Below, one piece after another: positions 1-6,479 of a DNA stretch of 6,526 nucleotides; positions within the stretch are counted from its first letter, which is position 1; each line of letters starts with the position of its first letter. A model generated the notes under the pieces. It was given only the letters and a program-made list of their open reading frames with translations, had not been told where the DNA came from and searched no databases. The DNA is from Octopus sinensis (lineage: Eukaryota), in NCBI RefSeq assembly GCF_006345805.1, contig NW_021829340.1:1-6526 (forward strand), written 5' to 3'. A program made the translations under genes and the position numbers.

Positions 1-198
1 AACCTATGAATAGTTGTGATATCATAAATATATGCTATGCACACATATCTGTGCAGAAATGGAATCCAGAATACGTTCATGGGAGCGTATGTATTTCATG
101 CATAGTATTCATATAATGCATAATGCACATATAATCGATGTCCAAAGAAAAATTTATCCAGCTGGAAAAGTGGCGGGGGTGGGGGAATGCCTGAAATT

Positions 199-965
199 TC
201 AAAATATGAATTTTTGCTTGTGAATGCAGGTGGAAATGGTTTTCTCCCTGTTATTTAAGACGTTTATTGCTGATGTTACATTTAGTTTATCAGTAATATA
301 GAACTCTCATTGGATGCCTCATATCCTGTATTTGATGGCCGTAGTTATGATGCTCTAATTTAGAGGTGGGGAGTTCTTTAAGTTCCTCTCATTAAATGAT
401 AAAACCATATTGGATAAAACTATTGTGCATGTTTTGCTTTTGTCTCTAAACGAAGCTAAATGCTGCGTATATCTCTATTTGAAGGCGTTTCCCGTCATCC
501 CACTGTAAATTTTTGTTGTTCCGTTCAAATCCGTAACGATGGCCTTGTTCACTATTTCTCTTTGCAGGTAGATATGGTTCAAGAGACAGCTGTACGGGGA
601 TCTACAATTATAGGATTTTGGAGAGATGATCCCAATGTTGCTATTTTTATTGTGTGACCCTCTTATAGGGAGGCAACTATAGCTAACTTTGACAGTATTC
701 CTATTGAAGACCTTGTGATATTTATATGAGTGATGGTAAGTAGTATCTATGAGTTTCAGTAATCTTCTACATATGATAGTGGCCACATCCATGCTATATG
801 GAGGATTGTGCCATAATATTTTTCTCTGTCGACGTCTTCATGTTCTGTCTAGATTTAAGTCAATATAAATTATACTACTCTTAAAATTAGAGCTTTCTAA
901 TGCGGAATTGTAGTATGGGGTGCCTTTACGAATGTAACTTTATCAGCAGATTGATTGGAAACACG

Positions 966-970
<5 letters not shown>
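199..970 (-). mobile_element. Decayed, 5'-truncated Penelope-like retroelement (PLE): RT C-terminal region, linker and C-terminal GIY-YIG endonuclease pseudogene
   Basis: Manual minus-strand translation extends the 475..792 ORF in both directions. It reads [16 protein letters not shown] (968-921), frameshift at ~922, then one frame: PYYNSALESSNFKSSIIY...*RRRQRKILWHNPPYSMDVATIICRRLLKLIDTTYHHSYKYHKVFNRNTVKVSYSCLP...YNCRSPYSCLLNHIYLQREIVNKAIV...KIYSGMTGNAFK*RYTQHLASFRDK...N*SIITTAIKYRI*GIQ*EFYITDK...LNNREKTISTCIHKQKFIF* (stop 201-199). These blocks match PLE motifs as I recall them: IIWFNPPYS, HKIFNRNTVKVSYSCMPN, CNCR..CPL..C, VYKA...YIG.T...FK.R...H..SF, CxLCxxEK and LNKRSE..SKCRH.NKF. There are five internal stops (840, 477, 357, 321, 309). 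Confidence 0.9.
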
Positions 971-1047
<77 letters not shown>

Positions 1048-1138
1048 TGTATGTATGTATGTATGTATGTATGTGTGTGTGTATATATGTATGTGTGCAT
1101 GCAATGTACGCATACATTTATATATGTATATCCATATA
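968..1138. repeat. Compound microsatellite: (TA)~23, (TATG)~13, short (TG)n and a degenerate TA/TG tail
   Basis: Read directly: TA run 968-1013, TATG run ~1019-1074, TG ~1073-1083. Confidence 0.97.
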
Positions 1139-1139
1139 C

Positions 1140-1172
1140 CCACAACCTGCATTCTAGAAATTTTGAGACTTT
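1140..1172. repeat. Probable degenerate 3' terminal inverted repeat of the mariner element
   Basis: Lies ~45-75 bp past the end of transposase homology. CACAACCTGCATTCTAGAAATTTTGAGACT loosely resembles mariner-type ends (TA-CGAGG.GC.TTCAAAAAGTTTTGAGAC-like, from memory). No partner TIR is present in the window to confirm it. Confidence 0.4.
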
Positions 1173-1730
1173 TCGAGGGAAATTTATTAATTTCAGATGA
1201 ATTACAAAAATCTTCTCTTCAAAATAGAATCTTCTAACTTCAAAGCACTTGTTGTAGGGCTCCAGTCATTTCGTGAAGGTTCCAGGGAAGTCCTCCAAAG
1301 TGAAGAAGCCCAGGAATCTTGTCACAGTCCTCATTCATCTCAGTGTCTTCAGAACCTCAGAGGTTCTTCAATTTGAGAAACAAGGGAACAAATCGCAGAG
1401 AGCAAGGCCTGGACTATAGGGATCGTGAGGGACAATTTTGATGACCATCTCTGTAAGATAATTGGTTACCTGGAAGGAATCGGGAATTGGTGCACTATCC
1501 TAGTGTCATTTGCGACGATACCTCTGCTGAGCTCCCTCAAAATCACCACAAAGTATTCATTGTTGACTGTCTGGCCAGAGGGAACCCAGTGGTTGTAGAT
1601 GATGCCCTTGCTGTCGGAAAAAAAGACAATTATGAGCTTTTTGGTGGACTTCGCTATCTGGCCTTTTGTGTCAGAGAAAAGCAGATGCTCGGTTCCATAC
1701 AAATTAACCAATAATCAGTCTCGATGGAGC
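1140..1730 (-). mobile_element. Decayed mariner (Tc1/mariner, DD34D) DNA transposon, 3' half of the transposase pseudogene
   Basis: Minus-strand translation across frameshifts gives KSTKKLIIVFFSDSKGIIYNHWVPSGQTVNNEYFVVILREL / RRK*H*DSAPIPDSFQVTNYLTEMVIKIVPHDPYSPGLALCD / LKLK / VTRFLGFFTLEDFPGTFTK*LEPYNKCFEVRRFYFE. This matches the mariner motifs VFFD..G, VP.GQTVN..YY, HHDNAP, PYSPDLAPxD and KC....G.YFE. Exactly 34 residues separate the Asp at 1499-1497 from the Asp at 1394-1392. Confidence 0.92.
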
Positions 1731-1798
1731 ATTTCGTAAATTTCTGCAGCTTTTTTTACCCAGTTTAACATAGCAATCGCAACAGATGACGACGACTA

Positions 1799-2150
1799 GG
1801 GGGGGGGAGATATGAGGATGAAGAGGGATATTTGGTGACGTACATGAAGAAGATGGGGAAGAATGAGAGAAAGAAGTTGTTGATGATGATGAGGATGAGG
1901 AGGAGGAGGAGGAGTAAGAGAAGAAGGGAAGGAGGGGAGGAGTAAGAAGAGTAAGAAGAGGAGGAGAAGGTGGAGGTGGGTGATGGCGACGAGGACAACG
2001 ACAAAGATGAAGTAGAGAAACAGGAGAGGAGGTGAAGGCGGAGATGGAGGTGAAGGCAGAGATGGAGGTGAAGGCGGAGATGGAGGAGAAGGGACAAGGA
2101 AGGTGATGGTGGTGGAGATGGTGGTAGTGGAGACGATGACTGCTTTCCAT
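1799..2150. repeat. Purine-rich low-complexity tract (GAG/GAA/GAT/GGT triplets)
   Basis: The + strand is dominated by G and A, with runs of GATGAT, (GAG)n, AAGAAG and GGTGGT. Confidence 0.9.
2029..2092. repeat. 18-bp minisatellite GAGGTGAAGGC(G/A)GAGATG, 3 copies plus a partial
   Basis: Copies at 2029-2046, 2047-2064 and 2065-2082, with a partial GAGGAGAAGG at 2083-2092. Confidence 0.95.
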
Positions 2151-2281
2151 CAGTGTTAGACTTCGCCATCAATTCCATTCTTCTCCTCTTTCTCTTTCCT
2201 CTGTTTCGCTTCTGCTGTTTATTGCTATAATTCTGAAGGCTTTTTTTCTTGTTTAAATAATTTGTACCGTTGTTGTTGTTG

Positions 2282-2284
<3 letters not shown>

Positions 2285-2315
<31 letters not shown>

Positions 2316-2326
2316 TGTCATTGTTG

Positions 2327-2369
<43 letters not shown>

Positions 2370-2416
2370 TGTCATTGTTGGTATTATTATTATTATTATT
2401 ATTACTGTCATTGTTG

Positions 2417-2491
<75 letters not shown>

Positions 2492-2502
2492 TGTCATTGT
2501 TG

Positions 2503-2557
<55 letters not shown>

Positions 2558-2571
2558 TGTCATTGTTGGTA
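2285..2571. repeat. Higher-order repeat: (TTA)n runs punctuated by five identical CTGTCATTGTTGGTA 15-mers
   Basis: 15-mer starts at 2315, 2369, 2405, 2491 and 2557. Confidence 0.96.
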
Positions 2572-2740
2572 TTGTCATTTGCATCCAAACACCAGTTTCT
2601 ACTGCTTGTTGCTATTGTTGTTGTTGTTGTTGTTGTTGTTGTTATTGTGGTTGTTGTTGATGTCTTCGGTTCTTCCTGTCGGATTCGTTGTTGTCGTTGT
2701 TGCCGTTATTATTGTTATTGCATCCAAACACTTGGTTATT

Positions 2741-2773
<33 letters not shown>

Positions 2774-2820
2774 ATAGTTGTTGGTATGATGTTGCTGCTG
2801 CTGTTGTTGCTGCTGCTGCT

Positions 2821-2868
2821 GCTACCACCACAGCTACTGCTGCTGCTACCACCACAGCTACTGCTGCC
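2821..2868. repeat. 24-bp tandem duplication GCTACCACCACAGCTACTGCTGC(T/C) x2
   Basis: Copies at 2821-2844 and 2845-2868 differ only at the last base. Confidence 0.93.
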
Positions 2869-3150
2869 GCTGTTGTTATTGTTGATGCTGTTGTAGATAT
2901 TTTCAGTCAGTTCTTGTCGTCCATGTCGTCATCGTCATCATCATCATCTCCACCACCACCACCACCACCACCACCACCACCACCACCACTACCACCACCA
3001 CCACCATCATCACCACCACCACCACCACCACCACTACCACCACCACCACCATCATCACCACCACCACCACCACCACCATCATCATCATCACCACCACCAC
3101 CACCACCACCACCACCACAATAATCATCATCATCATCATCATCGCCGTCG

Positions 3151-3181
<31 letters not shown>

Positions 3182-3208
3182 CACCATCATCATCATCAAC
3201 ACCAACAC

Positions 3209-3240
<32 letters not shown>

Positions 3241-3387
3241 CCACCACCACCACCACCACCACCACCACCACCACCATCATCATCACCACCACCACCACAC
3301 CACCACCACCACCACAATCATCATCATCATCATCATCGCCGTCGTCGTCATCATCATCACCACCACCATCATCATCATCACCATCAC

Positions 3388-3418
<31 letters not shown>

Positions 3419-3859
3419 GTCGTCGTCGTCGTCGTCGTTGTCGTTGTCGTAGTCGTCGTCGTAGTCGTTGTCGTCGTTGTTGGTGGTGCGGTAGTGGTTG
3501 ATGTTTGCCGTTGCTCTTGCAATCTATCTTTAGTTAATGTTGTTGTCGCTGCTCTTGTTGTTGTTGTTGATATTTTCCGTTCTTCTTCACGCTGTTGTTG
3601 CTGCTGCTGCTGCTACTATTAGTTGTTGCTACTGATATTTCCGGTTAATTCTTATTGCGAGTGTTATTGTTGTTGCTGCTGCTACAACTATTGTTGTTGT
3701 TGCAGTTGTTCTTCTTTCTACCATTGTAGTTCCACTTTACCGATGAGATTTTGGCAAAAAATCACGTAGAATTCAGTTAGTTGATTCAATAAAAGAAAAA
3801 AACGTCACCATCTTTTTCTTGATATATTTTTTTGTTGCTAATGTTTTATATTCTGTGTA

Positions 3860-4126
3860 GTGTGTATATTGTATATAACTTGTATACTTGCATTGTTTGT
3901 GTGTTTGTGTGTTTGTGCGTCGTTATGTGAATGTATTTGTGTATGTGCATATGTGTGTGTATATACGTGTGGGACTTTGTGTGTATGTGGATATAGGTGT
4001 GTACGCGTGTATGTGTGTGTAGGTAAAGGAGTGGAAGTGAGTATGAGGCGGCTTCTTCATTCTCAGGATGGTGGACTGGTTCTTTCTCTTTTTACGCGCA
4101 TTTCAATATTTTATTTGTGTGTATAA

Positions 4127-4170
<44 letters not shown>

Positions 4171-4495
4171 CTGTGTGTATGCATTTTAGATATGTATACG
4201 AGCGTGAGAGCGTGTGTACAGCTAAGCAAAATCGAGTGCACTTATATACACACACACACATATATATATGTAAAGAGAGAGATAGATACATACGTACGTA
4301 CGTACATACATACGTATAGGAATATATGGCTATGCATATGTATATGTGTGTGTATACACACACACACACACACACACTCAGGCACGCGCAATGTGGCACA
4401 CATAGAAAAAGTGAACAGAACGTCAATACATAAGAAAGTACATAAAAATACAGATATACACACACAAGCCCATATGTATATACATACATACATAC

Positions 4496-4546
<51 letters not shown>

Positions 4547-4771
4547 GTATGCATACATATAAATATGTAAATATAACCATACATACATAGGCACATTGTC
4601 GCATAGGTACATACATACATGCATACATACACACACACATACATGCACACATACATGCATAAAAACATACATACATACATACATGCATCCGTGGAAAGTG
4701 GAGGGAGGCAAACTTGCCGAGAAGAGAAAGCAATTGAGACATACACACACAGGCGCGTGCGCGCACGCACA

Positions 4772-4809
<38 letters not shown>

Positions 4810-4943
4810 CACACGCACGCACACGAACACATACACACATACACACACACACGATGCATATATACTAAGTCTAGACGCTAATATTGATGGCTGCAAGTAT
4901 ATATATACACTTATATATATATATATACTTATATATATATATA

Positions 4944-4979
<36 letters not shown>

Positions 4980-5458
4980 TATATATACTTATATATATGT
5001 ATATGTGTGTATATATATATATGTATACACACACGTGTGTGCATGTGTGTGTGTTATGTTAGTATATATCCAGACAATGGTGTATTCAAACTGTTTACTG
5101 TAATGTTTTTCTAAAGACGCCATATTCTGTGTAAGTATTCAAGTGATCAAATGTTGTTCAATTCTTCTATTGCCTATCGATTGTGGTTTTCACGTTTTAG
5201 TGATTTCTTTAGATTTGCTTCCCATACAAACATACATACATACATACATACATACATACATACATACATACATACATACCTACATACATAGACAGGTACG
5301 TACATGCATACATACGTACGTTCGTACATATATAGATACATAATACATACACGCGCACATACAAATATATATATATATATACATTATACATATATACATA
5401 CATACATACATACATATATATATATACATATATACATATATACATATACATACATATA

Positions 5459-5500
<42 letters not shown>

Positions 5501-5745
5501 CTGATATAGATATATACATAGGTCCGCACATACATATATATGTATATATATATATATATATTATAGATAGAGAGAGAGAGAGAGAGAGAGGGAGGGAGGG
5601 AGAGAGGGAGAGAGAATGGGAGAAAGAGATTTACTTAATATATATACTCATACATATATTTGCATATATATATGTACGAATATTATGAACATATATACGC
5701 ATATGTGTACGTGCGTGTGTGTGTATGTGCATGTTTGTGTGTGTC
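3860..5745. repeat. Mosaic of (TG)n/(CA)n/(TA)n/(CATA)n/(GA)n microsatellites with short unique spacers
   Basis: Examples: (TG)19 at 4130-4167, (TG)17 at 4511-4544, (CA)n ~4774-4852, (TA)n-rich 4898-4998, (CATA)12 at 5231-5278, (GA)n/(GGGA)n ~5566-5626. Confidence 0.96.
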
Positions 5746-5749
5746 ACGT

Positions 5750-6290
5750 AAAGAACAGAATCAAGCACATTCTTCACTTGGTTTCATTAAATCGATATAT
5801 ACGGAAGAGATCATACCATTTTCAACCAAGAGTAACAATATCTTGGATCTCTTCTTCGCCAATTACATAGAACTTATCCACGGAGCCGTAGGGTAGATAA
5901 CATTTTTTTCTTTTTTCAGACCACAACGTAATCGAACTAATAATGAAAGATGTCTATCACATAGTGATCTCTCAAAATCTATCCCTCTTCAACTGTCACA
6001 AAGCCGATTGAAAATCACTTCAAAAAGGACCCTAAATTAAAGTCTCCCTGTGCAAAGTCTATGACATGAAACGCAAAGAACTTATGCCATAATAAATGAC
6101 TTATGTATTAAGATTGCCCCACTGATAAGAACTAATACACACAAAAGCAGTATTTCCCGAGACGAAGGGTAAAGATCTCAAATTGCTTTTATGCAATGTT
6201 TAAGGACAACAAGAGCTCCCGACATAAATATGTAATTACAGAGATCGAAAAACGTATTCAGGAAGGGAAGAAAATAAATGAGAGCTGACA
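5750..6290 (+). mobile_element. Decayed LINE (non-LTR retrotransposon) ORF2 fragment: end of the AP-endonuclease plus the linker toward RT; CR1/Jockey-like group, clade uncertain
   Basis: Frame 2 gives KEQNQAHSSLGFIKSIYTEEIIPFSTKSNNILDLFFANYIELIH (cf. EQII..PTR.NNILDLFFTN). Frame 3 from 5916 gives SDHNVIEL...LSLFNCHKAD*KSL (cf. the endonuclease SDH motif and NF.KADW). Frame 2 from 6080 gives TYAIINDLCIKIAPLIRTNTHKSSISRD. Frame 1 from 6232 gives VITEIEKRIQE. The motifs are colinear and separated by frameshifts and stops. Confidence 0.8.
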
Positions 6291-6312
6291 AAATTAGAAG
6301 AATGAATATATA

Positions 6313-6476
6313 GGTCCAGGCGTGGCTGTGTGGTCAGAAGCTTGCTTACCAACCACACGGTTCCAAATTCAGTCCCACTGTGTGGAACCTTAGGCATGTG
6401 TCTTTTGCTATAGCCTCGGGTCAACCAAAACCTTGTGAGTGGATTTGGTAAACGGAAAATGAAAGAAGCCTGTCGT
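6313..6476 (+). mobile_element. tRNA-derived SINE with a CORE-like central domain, resembling an abundant octopus SINE
   Basis: Pol III A-box TGGCTGTGTGG at 6323-6333. B-box-position segment AAATTCAGTCCC at 6365-6376 (degraded). CORE-like TGTGTGGAACCTTAGGCATGTG at ~6379-6400 (cf. TGTGTGACCTTGGGCAAGT). A 3' body ...CCTTGTGAGTGGATTTGGTAAACGGAAAATGAAAGAAGCCTGTCGTA runs into (TA)n. The resemblance to octopus SINEs is from memory. Confidence 0.88.
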
Positions 6477-6478
6477 AA

Positions 6479-6479
<1 letters not shown>

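Larger units (their letters stand above)
2268..3720. repeat. Compound trinucleotide array: GTT > TTA > GTT > GCT > TCG/TCA > CCA/TCA > TCG > GTT/GCT
   Basis: Read directly. It is the source of the poly-L/Y/I/N/P/G/D/V ORFs in the track. Confidence 0.97.

Noticed and set aside
32-223. 63-aa ORF and G-rich run GGCGGGGGTGGGGG (~172-185)
   Set aside because: The ORF has no recognisable motif and overlaps the PLE 3' end in antisense. The G-run has too few long G-tracts for a confident G4.
460-657. Plus-strand ORFs 460..657 and 1487..1714
   Set aside because: They are antisense shadows of the PLE and mariner coding remnants.
2143-2212. Possible hammerhead ribozyme (minus-strand GAAAC ... CTGATGG), considered because PLEs often carry them
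   Set aside because: The core reads CUGAUGG rather than CUGAUGA, I found no supporting stems, and it is far from the PLE.
2285-2571. CRISPR-like appearance (identical words with intervening spacers)
   Set aside because: The spacers are pure (TTA)n of variable length, the repeat is only 15 bp, there are no cas genes, and the context is eukaryotic.
2253-3522. Long ORFs encoding poly-Leu/Tyr/Ile/Asn/Pro/Gly-Asp/Val (e.g. 2270..2896, 2497..3123, 2907..3317)
   Set aside because: Triplet repeats lacking stops are open in several frames on both strands at once. There is no domain content or splice context.
5104-5136. Possible 14-nt micro-exon (TTTTTCTAAAG|ACGCCATATTCTGT|GTAAGT), and a similar one at ~4021-4042
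   Set aside because: The length is not a multiple of 3, such motifs are frequent by chance in AT-rich DNA, and there is no gene context.
3860-5535. VCVC/HTHT/YIYI/MYVC ORFs, likewise those at 897-1237
   Set aside because: These are direct translations of (TG)n, (CA)n, (TA)n and (TATG)n microsatellites.
199-6376. Apparent G-to-A bias in the TE remnants (TGG to TAG/TGA, TGY to TAY, SINE B-box), suggesting targeted deaminase editing
   Set aside because: C-to-T changes occur as well and the sample is tiny without consensus alignments. Ordinary AT-biased transition decay explains it.
6236-6424. 62-aa minus-strand ORF
   Set aside because: It is an antisense read-through of the SINE and LINE remnant with no protein features.
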